This document shows, one piece after another, positions 51,244-63,325 of a DNA stretch of 64,000 nucleotides. The notes beneath the pieces are model-generated. The model did not search any database. It was not told the origin of the DNA and was given only the letters and a program-made list of their open reading frames with translations. The number at the start of each line of letters is the position of its first letter. Position 1 is the first letter of the stretch. The stretch is taken from the NCBI GenBank assembly GCA_963999845.1, contig CAXEVV010000005.1, forward strand, positions 3,835 through 67,834. Reading direction: 5' to 3'. The position numbers were made by a program, and so were the translations under genes. The stretch is from an uncultured Rhodobacterales bacterium (GTDB taxonomy: Bacteria > Pseudomonadota > Alphaproteobacteria > Rhodobacterales > Rhodobacteraceae).

Positions 51244-51329
51244 GTCTAATCTTGTAGACCGTGTAAGAAAAGCTTTACGCAGTATTCAAATATATTAAGT
51301 TAGCATATCTCAAAAATATAGGCCAAGGG

Positions 51330-51776
51330 ATGATAAAAGACTACGATGTTAGACCGTTAGAAAAAAAAGACCAAGAACAATGGCATTATATTTGGGGCGA
51401 ATACCTTAAATTTTATGAAACAGAGCTTCCATCTAAAATCTACTCTGAAACATTCTCTCGGCTTATCGATACAAATAATAGACACCAAAACTGTCTAGTT
51501 GCGTACAGTGACGAAACTCTATTTGGGTTGGTACATTATATCTTTCACCCTCATAACTGGAGAACCGATGACGTATGTTATTTACAAGACTTATTTACAC
51601 TTAAAAAACAGCGCCGGAAGGGCATTGCTAAAGCTTTAATCCAAGCTGTTTATGAAGCAGCCGATGCAAACGAAACTTCCTCAGTCTACTGGATGACACA
51701 AGACTTTAATCTCGGAGCGCGGAAGCTATACGATCAAGTTGCATCATTAACCCCATTCATAAAATACCAAAGGTAA
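51330..51776 (+). CDS. GNAT family N-acetyltransferase
   Basis: 148 aa with acetyl-CoA motif QRRKGIAKALI. Confidence 0.75.
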   Translation: MIKDYDVRPLEKKDQEQWHYIWGEYLKFYETELPSKIYSETFSRLIDTNNRHQNCLVAYSDETLFGLVHYIFHPHNWRTDDVCYLQDLFTLKKQRRKGIAKALIQAVYEAADANETSSVYWMTQDFNLGARKLYDQVASLTPFIKYQR

Positions 51777-51779
51777 GAA

Positions 51780-52490
51780 ATGACTATTCATATCGGAGCT
51801 AAAATTGACGAAATCGCGGACACAGTGCTTTTACCTGGAGATCCAATGCGTGCAAAGTGGGCTGCGGAGCAGTTTTTAACCTCTCCACGTCTTGTAAATC
51901 AGGTACGAGGGATGTTTGGTTACACAGGGACGTTTAACGGTAATCACGTAACCATACAAGGTAGTGGGATGGGAATGCCCTCTCTGTCAATTTATGCAAA
52001 TGAACTAATTAGGGATTATAATGCACAAACTTTAATTAGAATTGGGTCTTGCGGCGGTATGCAACCAAATATCGATATTCGCGATATAATACTTGCACAA
52101 ACCACGACTTACGTAACAACCCCTTCTTCCACTGTAATGAAAGAAGTCAGTTTTTCTCCTTGTGCAGATTTTGAACTACTAAAGAATGCACATTCTTTTG
52201 CAGAAAGTAAGGGATTTAAAACACACGTTGGAAATATCTATTCATCCGATACTTTTTATGACGAAAGAGCGGACCTTAATGAGCAAATGGTTAGACATGG
52301 TGTCCTTGCTGTGGAGATGGAAGCCGCTGAACTATACACTTTAGCTGCCCGTTTTAAGAGAAAAGCACTCGCAATTTTAACAGTCTCGGATCATCTACAA
52401 ACAGGAGAAGCCTTGCCATCTGATGAAAGAGAAAAGACTTTTGCTCAAATGATAGAGGTGGCCCTTGCTGCAGCGTTTCCAACCAAATAA
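51780..52490 (+). CDS. deoD: purine-nucleoside phosphorylase, DeoD type
   Basis: [35 protein letters not shown] and VEMEAAELY. Confidence 0.9.
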   Translation: MTIHIGAKIDEIADTVLLPGDPMRAKWAAEQFLTSPRLVNQVRGMFGYTGTFNGNHVTIQGSGMGMPSLSIYANELIRDYNAQTLIRIGSCGGMQPNIDIRDIILAQTTTYVTTPSSTVMKEVSFSPCADFELLKNAHSFAESKGFKTHVGNIYSSDTFYDERADLNEQMVRHGVLAVEMEAAELYTLAARFKRKALAILTVSDHLQTGEALPSDEREKTFAQMIEVALAAAFPTK

Positions 52491-52511
52491 CGCCGCCGAT
52501 AAAGTAAGTGA

Positions 52512-53291
52512 CTAAGCACTTCTTTCAACCATCATTTTTTTAACCTCTGCGATCGCTTTGGCAGGATTAAGTCCTTTCGGACAGGTATTGGTACAATTCA
52601 TTATTGTATGGCACCGATATACTTTAAACGGATCATCAAGGTCGCGCAAACGGTCTCCAGTAGCCTCATCTCTGCTATCAATAATCCAACGATAAGCATG
52701 AAGCAAAGCGGCGGGACCCAAATATTTATCGCTATTCCACCAATATGACGGACATGAAGTCGAACAAGACGCACACATTACGCACTCATATAATCCATCC
52801 AATTTTTTTCTGTCTTCAATGGATTGTTTCCACTCTGTATTTGGCCGGTCTGTCTTAGTCTCTAGCCATGGCATAATTGAAGCATGCTGTGCATAAAAAT
52901 GTGTTAAATCCGGTATAAGATCTTTGATTACGGGCATATGGGGTAACGGATAAATATTTATATCACCTTTGACATCATCAATGCCATGAACGCATGCTAA
53001 TGTGTTTATACCACCTATACTCATCGCACAGGATCCACAAATACCCTCACGGCAAGATCTTCTGAAGGTTAAAGTCGGATCAATATCGCTCTTAATTTTG
53101 ATTAATGCGTCTAAAATCATGGGTCCACAGTTATCAATATCCACAAAATACGTGTCCAAGCTAGGGTTCTCAGTGTCATCTGGAGACCAACGATATATAT
53201 TGAAAACACGCAAATTGTTGGCACCTTCAGGCTTTGGCCATGTCTTACCTCTCGTTATTCTACTGTTTTTGGGTAGCGTTAACTGTACCAT
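52512..53291 (-). CDS. sdhB: succinate dehydrogenase iron-sulfur subunit
   Basis: Three Cys clusters: [23 protein letters not shown] and [12 protein letters not shown]. Confidence 0.95.
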   Translation of the reverse strand: MVQLTLPKNSRITRGKTWPKPEGANNLRVFNIYRWSPDDTENPSLDTYFVDIDNCGPMILDALIKIKSDIDPTLTFRRSCREGICGSCAMSIGGINTLACVHGIDDVKGDINIYPLPHMPVIKDLIPDLTHFYAQHASIMPWLETKTDRPNTEWKQSIEDRKKLDGLYECVMCASCSTSCPSYWWNSDKYLGPAALLHAYRWIIDSRDEATGDRLRDLDDPFKVYRCHTIMNCTNTCPKGLNPAKAIAEVKKMMVERSA

Positions 53292-53301
53292 TTCATAGTT
53301 C

Positions 53302-55113
53302 CTAGAAAGTGCGTTCTTTTGGTGCTATCTTGGACAAACTTATTCCACCCTCAGTTTCAGTAGAGAGTGGGTCCGTTATAACAGGTCTATAGCTAAGTTT
53401 CACAGACTTTGCATTCTCCGAGAAACGCGAGATAGTATGAACGCGCCAATTCACGTCATCACGATTTTCAAAATCCTCGTGAGCATGCGCCCCACGACTC
53501 TCCTTGCGTGCTTCAGCTCCACAAATTGTACTCAGCGCATTCGGCATCAGGTTTGTAAGTTCTAACGTTTCCATCAAATCACTATTCCAGACAAGGCTCC
53601 TATCTACGACGGAAAGATCATTTACACCATCAGCAATCTTACTCATTTTTCCGACACCGTTTGCTAAAGTTTCAGCCGTTCTAAATACAGCAGCATCTTC
53701 CTGCATCGTTTTTTGCATTTGCAAACGCAAATCTGCTGTTGGGATTGCGCCTGTGGCATACCGAAGTCCATCAAAACGATCAAAAGCATTATCGACAGAG
53801 AGCTTATTCAAATCAGGATTGTGCGCATCAGCATCTACGACCTTCCCAGCCTTTATAGCGGATGCTCTACCAAAAACCACTAAGTCAATTAACGAATTTG
53901 ATCCTAGTCTATTTGCACCATGTACTGAAGCACAGCCTGCCTCGCCAACGGCCATTAAACCCGGTACGATCTGGTTAGGGTTCTCCTCAGTCGGGCTTAG
54001 TACTTCGCCCCAATAATTGGTTGGAATACCGCCCATGTTGTAGTGCACCGTTGGTAACACTGGAATCGGTTCTTTGGTCACATCTACTCCAGCGAAGATC
54101 TTTGCAGACTCAGATATTCCTGGAAGTCTCTCAGCAAGTGCAGCTTCTGGCAAATGACTTAGGTTTAGGTGGATGTGGTCACCCGTTTTTCCAGCTCCCC
54201 TACCCTCCCGGATCTCCATAGTCATGCAACGACTAACATAATCCCTAGGAGCAAGGTCTTTGTAGTGTGGCGCGTATCTTTCCATAAAACGCTCGCCTTC
54301 AGAGTTTGTCAAATACCCACCCTCACCACGAGCACCTTCTGTGATCAAGCAACCTGAACCATAAATACCCGTTGGATGAAATTGGACAAATTCCATATCT
54401 TGTAACGGCAGACCAGCCCGAGCTATCATGCCACCACCATCACCAGTGCATGTATGGGCTGAAGTTGCGCTAAAATAGGCTCGTCCGTACCCACCTGTCG
54501 CTAAAACAACTAATTTAGCATTAAAAACGTGAAATGAGCCGTCATCCAACTTCCAACAAACGACGCCCTGGCATTGTCCATCTTCTGACATAATCAGGTC
54601 AATGGCAAAGTACTCGATGTAAAACTCTGCATTCTGCTTCAGCGACTGACCGTAAAGAGTATGCAGGATGGCATGGCCAGTTCGATCTGCGGCTGCGCAG
54701 GTTCTCTGAACAGGCGGACCTTCACCAAATTCCGTGGTATGGCCGCCGAAAGGTCTCTGATATATGTCGCCTTTTTCAGTCCTACTAAAAGGAACACCAT
54801 AATGTTCGAGTTCATACACTGCCTTAGGTGCTTCCCTAGCCAAATACTCCATAGCATCAGTGTCGCCGAGCCAATCTGATCCCTTAACTGTGTCGTACAT
54901 GTGCCATTGCCAATGGTCTGGCCCCATATTTCCCAAAGAAGCCGCTATACCGCCTTGAGCCGCAACAGTATGAGACCTTGTAGGAAATACCTTTGTGACA
55001 CATGCCGTTTTAAGTCCTTGCTCAGCCATACCTAGAGTAGCTCGCAAGCCTGAACCACCAGCACCTACCACCACAACATCATACTCGTGAATTTCGTGAG
55101 AATATGCTTCCAA
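53302..55113 (-). CDS. sdhA: succinate dehydrogenase flavoprotein subunit
   Basis: [15 protein letters not shown] and [10 protein letters not shown] (covalent FAD His). TTG start is the only start upstream of the FAD fold. Confidence 0.95.
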   Translation of the reverse strand: MEAYSHEIHEYDVVVVGAGGSGLRATLGMAEQGLKTACVTKVFPTRSHTVAAQGGIAASLGNMGPDHWQWHMYDTVKGSDWLGDTDAMEYLAREAPKAVYELEHYGVPFSRTEKGDIYQRPFGGHTTEFGEGPPVQRTCAAADRTGHAILHTLYGQSLKQNAEFYIEYFAIDLIMSEDGQCQGVVCWKLDDGSFHVFNAKLVVLATGGYGRAYFSATSAHTCTGDGGGMIARAGLPLQDMEFVQFHPTGIYGSGCLITEGARGEGGYLTNSEGERFMERYAPHYKDLAPRDYVSRCMTMEIREGRGAGKTGDHIHLNLSHLPEAALAERLPGISESAKIFAGVDVTKEPIPVLPTVHYNMGGIPTNYWGEVLSPTEENPNQIVPGLMAVGEAGCASVHGANRLGSNSLIDLVVFGRASAIKAGKVVDADAHNPDLNKLSVDNAFDRFDGLRYATGAIPTADLRLQMQKTMQEDAAVFRTAETLANGVGKMSKIADGVNDLSVVDRSLVWNSDLMETLELTNLMPNALSTICGAEARKESRGAHAHEDFENRDDVNWRVHTISRFSENAKSVKLSYRPVITDPLSTETEGGISLSKIAPKERTF

Positions 55114-55123
55114 TGAAAAGTCC

Positions 55124-55468
55124 CTATACCAAAATTTTAATCAACGCTAAGAGTGTCACGGCTATCAATAAATAAGATAAACCGATCGTAAAAATTATCC
55201 ACACCTTGTTCATGACTCCGTGCACATAATCTTCGATCAATACCTGGACTCCACTTTTAAAATGTAAAAGCCCAACTGTAAATGTCACTGCGACTATAAG
55301 CGCATAAATTGGCTGTTCAAGTTTAGCTAACACGACAACTCTCTGCTCGCCAAATAGAGGTCCAATTGTGATTATAAATATAGGGACCAGAGCAACGAGT
55401 GCCATTGAGCTAATTTTCATTGCTTTAAAGTGTGACGTGCCTGTTTTTATTATGTCAAATGCCATCAA
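55124..55468 (-). CDS. sdhD: succinate dehydrogenase membrane anchor subunit
   Basis: About 114 aa, 3 TM, positioned between sdhC and sdhA. TTG 55468 or ATG 55465 start behind AGGAG. Confidence 0.85.
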   Translation of the reverse strand: MMAFDIIKTGTSHFKAMKISSMALVALVPIFIITIGPLFGEQRVVVLAKLEQPIYALIVAVTFTVGLLHFKSGVQVLIEDYVHGVMNKVWIIFTIGLSYLLIAVTLLALIKILV

Positions 55469-55503
55469 ATATCACTCCTAGCCGTCCCCGGCCTGAAAAG
55501 TTT

Positions 55504-55902
55504 TTACAAAAATAAAATAGTTAAAAAAGTTAAAACAAACGAGCCCAAAACTACTGCCCATCCCAAAAGCCTTGATGTGTTAATATCTAGCCATACTGCA
55601 TGATCCCAGATCAGATGCCGAATTCCAGCCAAGGTGTGATACCAAAGCGCCCAGAGAGAACCAAGTAACACAAGCTGACCCAACCAGCTAGAAATTACTG
55701 CATCCATTATCAAAAAGTTAGCTTCAGAAGTTGCTGCTGCAATCAACCATAAAATGAATAAAATTACCCCTACAATCAGCGCATTACCGGTAATTCTGGT
55801 AAGGATAGAAGTTATAGCATGTAATTGCCATTTATAAACGGATAAATGGGGCGAAAGTGGCCGTTGATCACTTTTTGACTTAGACATCTTAAAATCATCC
55901 AT
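55504..55902 (-). CDS. sdhC: succinate dehydrogenase cytochrome b556 subunit
   Basis: RPLSPHLSVYKWQ motif, 3 TM, first gene of sdhCDAB. The start could be the ATG at 55887. Confidence 0.85.
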   Translation of the reverse strand: MDDFKMSKSKSDQRPLSPHLSVYKWQLHAITSILTRITGNALIVGVILFILWLIAAATSEANFLIMDAVISSWLGQLVLLGSLWALWYHTLAGIRHLIWDHAVWLDINTSRLLGWAVVLGSFVLTFLTILFL

Positions 55903-56179
55903 GTGTTTTAGAAAAAAATTTATGCTCTTTAACTACGAACATGTACTTAGTTCAAGTTGCAAGTCACGACCAGAGCTCGACATTATAATTTACTGATCTC
56001 CCAATTTCTTATCAGTATGATAAGCCTTACTAATATTTTTAACCACTGCTTAAGCACAAAGCATTTTAATACTTTGACTGTCGTAACTATACTGAAGATC
56101 CCCATGTAGTGTCCAACCTTTCGCTAGCGCAAAACTTAACTTGTGACAAAATAAAGAACTGTCTTCACCATTGAGCGAG

Positions 56180-56746
56180 CTATAAAATTTTGTCACTAAG
56201 ACCTCCAGGAAAAGGCCAAACCCCAAAAAACCAATGAAAAGCAGAAATTAAAAGGAAGATGAAAACGACCATAAATACCAAAACTATATCTCGTTTGGCA
56301 GTCCCAGGTTTCGGTGCTATCCGTGTCTCAGAGCGATTTATTAACATGACAGCCAAGGCAGCCCAAGCGAGCATAGAGCCAAATAATATCAAAGATGCCA
56401 AATCACCATTCACTAATAGATGTGCCACAGCCCAAATTTTTACAGACGCTAGCATTGGATGGCGTAAACGGCCTCTAAGGCGACCTCTGGTATGCCCCAA
56501 TGCAAATACAAATATAGCGGTTACCATGAGGATATTATTAACATACACCAAAAAATTTGGAGGAGTCCAAACGGCAACATACTCAGCAGATCTGTAGCCG
56601 ATAACGATTAATACCAGTGCAATAATCAATGATATTGCTACTGCACCCTTTCCGATATTTCCCAAAGAGTTGCGTAAATTTGGTAATACACGCCTGAACG
56701 AATGTGCAATGACCCACAGAATATTTCCAATAACTAAAAGTGTCAT
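56180..56746 (-). CDS. NnrU family membrane protein
   Basis: 188 aa, multi-TM, NnrU-like pattern (..HP.L.SVKIWA.AHLL.NGD..). Confidence 0.72.
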   Translation of the reverse strand: MTLLVIGNILWVIAHSFRRVLPNLRNSLGNIGKGAVAISLIIALVLIVIGYRSAEYVAVWTPPNFLVYVNNILMVTAIFVFALGHTRGRLRGRLRHPMLASVKIWAVAHLLVNGDLASLILFGSMLAWAALAVMLINRSETRIAPKPGTAKRDIVLVFMVVFIFLLISAFHWFFGVWPFPGGLSDKIL

Positions 56747-57020
56747 AAGCTGTCTACATTGCCTAAATTAAAACTTAATTGCTTAATTCGGTATTTTGCC
56801 GAGACCACTTTAATATCTTAAAATTTTTTATACCATAAAGATATCATTAAGATTTTCAGTCTTCGGGTTATTTGAATTTATGATTAACATTGAATAGAAT
56901 TTACATACAGGTCTGTAAAGATGAAATTGGCGAATTTTGTCTCAAAATTAAACTAAGCTCCCTTTGAAGTGGCCTTGCGAAATTTGTTGAAAAAGTCTAG
57001 GGCTTTTGATGAATTAGTAA

Positions 57021-58004
<984 letters not shown>

Positions 58005-58078
58005 TACTTAGTAAAGTATCAAATTCCTATTATCTTGGTATCCGTATGACTTGCAGTCGAGCCCAAAGATCTTTTTTA

Positions 58079-58120
58079 TTGATCAAAATGTGATCACGAA
58101 TTTTACAATGTGATCACATT
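58079..58120. promoter_or_regulatory. cluster of GATC-centred palindromes upstream of sucC (candidate operator pair)
   Basis: ttgatcaa (58079-58086); tgtgatcac (58089-58097); perfect 14-bp palindrome aatgtgatcacatt (58107-58120). The two GTGATCAC cores are 20 bp apart. Confidence 0.35.
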
Positions 58121-58221
58121 TTACTAAATAACTGCATATTTTATGTTATACATTAAAAATTACTAGAAACTTCAGTGTGTTAATGGCTTTTTATAACTGC
58201 TAAAATAATAGGATTCTCATT

Positions 58222-59415
58222 ATGAATATTCATGAATATCAAGCAAAAGCACTGCTAAGGAGCTATGGGGCTCCTGTTTCAGACGGAAGAATAGTGCTTA
58301 AATCAGAGGATGCTAAAACTGCGGCTGGTGAATTAGACGGCCCAATGTGGGTCGTAAAAGCCCAAATTCATGCTGGCGGAAGAGGCAAAGGAACTTTCTT
58401 GGAAGCAGACGCAGGTACCAAAGGTGGAGTGCGTATAACTAAATCAGTTGAAGAAGCCGCGTCAGAGGCAAAAAAAATGCTTGGTCGCACCCTAGTCACC
58501 CATCAAACTGGTCCCGTTGGGAAACAGGTAAATCGTGTATACATAGAAGATGGCTCAGAGATTACAAAAGAATTATATTTAGCTATTTTGGTAGATCGTC
58601 AATCAAGTAGAGTCTCATTTGTTTGTTCGACCGAAGGCGGAATGGATATTGAAGCTGTTGCAGAGAGTTCCCCAGAGAAAATCTTGTCATTTTCAATCGA
58701 TCCTACCACATCATTCCAACCATATCATGGTCGAAGAATAGCTTTTATGTTGGGTCTTGAAGGCAAACAATTGAAGCAGTGTGTCTCATTGATGACAACG
58801 CTTTATAAACTCTTTCTTGAAAAAGACATGGAGATGTTAGAAATAAATCCATTAATCGTATCAGGCTCTGGAAATCTAAAGTGTTTAGATGCGAAAATGG
58901 GTTTTGATAGCAATGCAACATATAGGCATGCAGATATAGCAGAACTGCGCGACACAACAGAAGAAGATCCAAAGGAACTTGAGGCGTCAAAATATGACTT
59001 AAATTACATTGCGTTAGACGGAGAAATTGGCTGTATGGTCAATGGTGCCGGGTTAGCAATGGCCACAATGGATATTATTAAACTGTACGGTGCAGAACCA
59101 GCTAACTTTCTCGACGTAGGCGGCGGCGCCACGAAAGAGAAAGTCACAGAAGCTTTTAAAATAATTACGTCTGACCCCAATGTGAAAGGTATTTTAGTAA
59201 ATATTTTTGGTGGGATTATGAGATGCGATGTTATTGCAGAAGGAGTTGTAGCTGCCGTGAAAGAGGTAGGTTTAAAAGTACCGCTAGTGGTTCGATTAGA
59301 GGGAACAAATGTTGAGACAGGTAACGAAATCATCAACACGTCAGGATTAGATGTAATCGCAGCTGCGAACTTAAAAGATGGTGCCGAAAAAATAGTAAAA
59401 GCAGTAAAAGGATGA
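58222..59415 (+). CDS. sucC: succinate--CoA ligase (ADP-forming) beta subunit
   Basis: [13 protein letters not shown]-terminus, ATP-grasp region, 397 aa. Confidence 0.95.
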   Translation: MNIHEYQAKALLRSYGAPVSDGRIVLKSEDAKTAAGELDGPMWVVKAQIHAGGRGKGTFLEADAGTKGGVRITKSVEEAASEAKKMLGRTLVTHQTGPVGKQVNRVYIEDGSEITKELYLAILVDRQSSRVSFVCSTEGGMDIEAVAESSPEKILSFSIDPTTSFQPYHGRRIAFMLGLEGKQLKQCVSLMTTLYKLFLEKDMEMLEINPLIVSGSGNLKCLDAKMGFDSNATYRHADIAELRDTTEEDPKELEASKYDLNYIALDGEIGCMVNGAGLAMATMDIIKLYGAEPANFLDVGGGATKEKVTEAFKIITSDPNVKGILVNIFGGIMRCDVIAEGVVAAVKEVGLKVPLVVRLEGTNVETGNEIINTSGLDVIAAANLKDGAEKIVKAVKG

Positions 59416-59419
59416 GGCA

Positions 59420-60310
59420 ATGGCAATTCTAGTTAGTGAAGACACGAAAGTTATTTGCCAAGGATTTACCGGATCGCAAGGAACATTTCACAGTGAGCAG
59501 GCGATTGAATACGGTACAAAAATGGTTGGGGGCGTTACTCCTGGTAAAGGAGGTTTAGAACATATAGGATTGCCTGTTTTTAACTCAGTTCATGAGGCAA
59601 GAGATGTTACTGGGGCAAATGCGAGTGTCATATACGTCCCACCACCATTCGCTGCAGATTCAATTCTAGAAGCTATAGACGCTGAAGTCGAACTGATAGT
59701 TGCTATTACCGAAGGGATACCGGTCCTGGACATGGTGAAAGTTAAAAGAGCATTAGAAACTTCACAATCAATTTTAATTGGACCAAACTGTCCCGGTGTA
59801 ATAACCCCTGGCTCCTGTAAAATCGGCATTATGCCTGGCCATATCCATCGCAAAGGATCCGTTGGCGTTGTTTCAAGATCAGGTACACTAACTTATGAAG
59901 CCGTTAAACAAACCTCAGATGTAGGATTAGGCCAGTCAACCTGTGTGGGCATAGGAGGTGACCCAATCAAAGGAACTGAACATATCGATGTTCTAGAATG
60001 GTTTCTCTCAGATGACGAAACGGAAAGTATAATAATGATTGGTGAAATTGGAGGTTCTGCCGAGGAAGAAGCTGCGGAGTTTTTAAAACAAGAGGCTAAG
60101 CACGGGCGACAAAAACCGGTCGCAGGTTTTATTGCTGGTCGAACAGCTCCACCAGGTCGCAGAATGGGGCATGCCGGTGCAATAGTTGCCGGTGGAAAAG
60201 GTGGCGCAGAAGACAAAATAGAAGCAATGCGATCTGCCGGAATCATTGTTGCGGAGAGCCCTGCCGGATTGGGTGAAGCTGTACTCAAGGCAATAGAAAA
60301 AAAAGACTGA
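59420..60310 (+). CDS. sucD: succinate--CoA ligase alpha subunit
   Basis: SRSGTLTYE and MGHAGAIV (phospho-His loop). Confidence 0.95.
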   Translation: MAILVSEDTKVICQGFTGSQGTFHSEQAIEYGTKMVGGVTPGKGGLEHIGLPVFNSVHEARDVTGANASVIYVPPPFAADSILEAIDAEVELIVAITEGIPVLDMVKVKRALETSQSILIGPNCPGVITPGSCKIGIMPGHIHRKGSVGVVSRSGTLTYEAVKQTSDVGLGQSTCVGIGGDPIKGTEHIDVLEWFLSDDETESIIMIGEIGGSAEEEAAEFLKQEAKHGRQKPVAGFIAGRTAPPGRRMGHAGAIVAGGKGGAEDKIEAMRSAGIIVAESPAGLGEAVLKAIEKKD

Positions 60311-60346
60311 ATCAAGATTAGAACACATAAATTATAATTGGATTGA

Positions 60347-63322
60347 ATGGGTATTAAAATGAACGAACAATCTTCAAACGAATTCTTTCATGGATCTTCA
60401 TTTATGCAGGGCCAGAATGCAGAATACTTGGAAAGTTTACAGCAAACTTTTAAACAAAATCCAAATTCCGTAGACTCAGCGTGGCAGGCATTTTTCCAAT
60501 CTCTTGAGACTGATGCAGCAGATAATGGAAACAGTTCCCAAAAACCTAGCTGGACAAGACAAGACTGGCCCCAACAACCAAATGACGAATTCACTGGTGC
60601 TCTCACCAGTGAATGGGGCGATGACTCTGAAATTGCGATCCGGGCAAATGCGGCAATAAATGCAAAAGCAAATGCCGCGAATTTTACCTTAAGTGACGAA
60701 GCAGTAGAAAGAGCCGTACTTGATAGCATCAGAGCTATTATGATCATTCGTGCACATCGAATTCGTGGGCACCTTGTCGCTGACCTGGATCCCCTAGGAT
60801 TGAGAGATGAGGCCATCCATCCAGAGTTAGACCCTAAATCTTATGGCTTCACAGAAGAGGACTTAGACAGACCTATTTTCATTGATAACGTTTTAGGACT
60901 GCAGATTGCGTCTATGCGCGAAATAATTGATTTAGTGCGACGGACTTACTGCGGAACGTTTGCTCTTCAATATATGCACATTTCCGACCCAGAGCAATCT
61001 GCTTGGTTAAAGGAGAGAATAGAGGGCTACGGAAAAGAGATAAAATTTACTAGGGAGGGCAGAAAAGCCATCTTAAATAAGTTGGTTGAAGCTGAAGGCT
61101 TCGAAAAGTTTCTGCACGTCAAATACATGGGCACGAAAAGATTTGGTCTTGACGGGGGAGAAGCATTAATCCCGGCATTAGAACAGATTATAAAACGAGG
61201 CGGTGCTTTGGGCGTCAAGGAAATAGTAATAGGAATGCCACATAGAGGGAGATTGTCAGTACTCGCTAACGTTATGGGTAAACCATACAAGGCAATATTC
61301 AATGAATTTCAAGGAGGATCATCCAAGCCAGAGGATGTTGATGGCTCTGGCGACGTAAAATACCATCTAGGAGCTTCGTCAGATAGAGAGTTTGATGGAA
61401 ATAATGTTCATTTATCTTTAACAGCCAATCCATCCCATCTGGAGGCAGTAAACCCAGTAGTAATAGGCAAAGTTAGGGCCAAACAACAGCAATTAAATGA
61501 TAAAAATAGAATCTCCGTGTTACCATTACTTCTTCACGGGGACGCAGCATTTGCTGGCCAGGGAGTCGTAGCTGAATGTTTTGGGCTATCTGGATTAGTT
61601 GGGCATAAGACTGGTGGCACAATACATGTCGTCGTAAACAATCAAATCGGCTTCACTACTGCACCGCACTTCAGCCGCTCCTCTCCATATCCTACGGATA
61701 TAGCCCTTATGGTTGAAGCACCAATTTTTCATGTGAACGGGGATGATCCAGAGGCAGTGGTTCATGCTGCAAAGGTTGCGACAGAGTTCCGTCAAAAATT
61801 TCAGAAAGATGTGGTCATAGATATAATTTGTTACAGGAGATTTGGTCATAACGAGGGCGATGAACCAATGTTCACAAATCCGATAATGTATAAAAAAATA
61901 AAGAAACAAAAAACGACTTTGACCTTATACACAGACCTTCTTGTTCGAGATGGTCTGATCCCCGAAGGAGAAATTGAAGATTTGAAAACTGGATTTCAGT
62001 CGTTCTTAAATGATGAATTTGATGCTGGGAAAAATTATAAACCAAATAAGGCTGATTGGCTTGATGGAAGATGGGCTCATTTAGATCGAAATAAAGATGA
62101 CTATCAACGGGGACAAACGGCTATTTCTGAGGATACGTTTGATAAGGTTGGCGCCGCACTTTCAAAATTGCCTGATGACTTTCCTGTACACAAAACAATT
62201 TCACGACTACTAGATAATAAAAACAAGATGTTTAGCGATGGCACCGGTTTAGACTGGGCAACAGCCGAAGCTTTAGCATTTGGCTCCCTTTTAACCGAGG
62301 GTTTTCCTGTGCGACTTTCTGGCCAAGATGCGACACGGGGAACTTTTAGTCAAAGGCACTCTGGAATTATTAATCAAAACAGCGAGGATAGATATTATCC
62401 ACTAAATCATATTACCAAAGAGCAGGCAGAGTTCGAAGCAATAGACTCTATGCTATCTGAATATGCAGTATTGGGCTTTGAGTATGGTTACTCGTTATCT
62501 GAACCTAACGCGCTGGTAGCTTGGGAGGCACAATTTGGTGATTTTGCTAATGGTGCCCAAATCATGTTCGACCAGTTTATTAGTTCTGGTGAAAGTAAGT
62601 GGCTGAGAATGTCCGGCCTAGTCATTTTGCTTCCTCATGGGTTTGAAGGTCAAGGACCTGAACACAGCTCAGCTAGATTAGAAAGATTTTTGCAAATGTG
62701 CGGTCAGGACAATTGGATTGTGGCTAATTGCTCCACTCCTGCAAACTATTTTCACATCTTACGCCGTCAATTACATCGATCATTTAGAAAGCCACTTATT
62801 CTAGTGACACCAAAGTCCTTACTCCGTCATAAACTTTGTGTATCAGATAAATCCAATTTTATAGATGGTTCCAGTTTTCATAGAGTTTTATGGGACGATG
62901 CAGAAAGTGGATTAAGTGAAACAAACCTTGTACCAGATAAGAAAATTAAGAGAGTAGTAATGTGTTCCGGAAAGGTATACTTTGATCTACTTGAGGAGCG
63001 GGATAAAAGAGATATAAACGATATTTATCTGTTGAGGTTCGAACAGTTTTATCCGTTTCCAGCAATTTCAGCTGTAAAAGAATTGGAAAGATTTAAAAGC
63101 GCTGAAATGGTTTGGTGCCAAGAGGAACCAAAAAACCAAGGCAGTTGGACTTTTATGGAGCCAAATCTTGAGTGGGTACTCACTAGAATAAAAGCTAAGT
63201 TTAAACGTCCAAAATATGTTGGTAGAGCAGCAAGCGCATCGCCAGCCACGGGCTTAGCTTCAACTCATAAAAATCAACAAGAAGTGCTTGTAAACGAAGC
63301 ACTAAGTTTTGGGAGACATTAA
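60347..63322 (+). CDS. sucA: 2-oxoglutarate dehydrogenase E1 component
   Basis: About 990 aa. SFMQGQNAEYLESL N-terminus and ThDP-binding core (HGDAAFAGQGVV, RFGHNEGDEP). The start may be the ATG at 60359. Confidence 0.95.
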   Translation: MGIKMNEQSSNEFFHGSSFMQGQNAEYLESLQQTFKQNPNSVDSAWQAFFQSLETDAADNGNSSQKPSWTRQDWPQQPNDEFTGALTSEWGDDSEIAIRANAAINAKANAANFTLSDEAVERAVLDSIRAIMIIRAHRIRGHLVADLDPLGLRDEAIHPELDPKSYGFTEEDLDRPIFIDNVLGLQIASMREIIDLVRRTYCGTFALQYMHISDPEQSAWLKERIEGYGKEIKFTREGRKAILNKLVEAEGFEKFLHVKYMGTKRFGLDGGEALIPALEQIIKRGGALGVKEIVIGMPHRGRLSVLANVMGKPYKAIFNEFQGGSSKPEDVDGSGDVKYHLGASSDREFDGNNVHLSLTANPSHLEAVNPVVIGKVRAKQQQLNDKNRISVLPLLLHGDAAFAGQGVVAECFGLSGLVGHKTGGTIHVVVNNQIGFTTAPHFSRSSPYPTDIALMVEAPIFHVNGDDPEAVVHAAKVATEFRQKFQKDVVIDIICYRRFGHNEGDEPMFTNPIMYKKIKKQKTTLTLYTDLLVRDGLIPEGEIEDLKTGFQSFLNDEFDAGKNYKPNKADWLDGRWAHLDRNKDDYQRGQTAISEDTFDKVGAALSKLPDDFPVHKTISRLLDNKNKMFSDGTGLDWATAEALAFGSLLTEGFPVRLSGQDATRGTFSQRHSGIINQNSEDRYYPLNHITKEQAEFEAIDSMLSEYAVLGFEYGYSLSEPNALVAWEAQFGDFANGAQIMFDQFISSGESKWLRMSGLVILLPHGFEGQGPEHSSARLERFLQMCGQDNWIVANCSTPANYFHILRRQLHRSFRKPLILVTPKSLLRHKLCVSDKSNFIDGSSFHRVLWDDAESGLSETNLVPDKKIKRVVMCSGKVYFDLLEERDKRDINDIYLLRFEQFYPFPAISAVKELERFKSAEMVWCQEEPKNQGSWTFMEPNLEWVLTRIKAKFKRPKYVGRAASASPATGLASTHKNQQEVLVNEALSFGRH

Positions 63323-63325
63323 ATT

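Noticed and set aside
55907-55913. TTTAGAA half-site resembling the Irr iron-control element next to the sdhC start
   Set aside because: Only one half-site is present. The second half (TTCTAAA after 3 nt) is not, so it is not a credible ICE.
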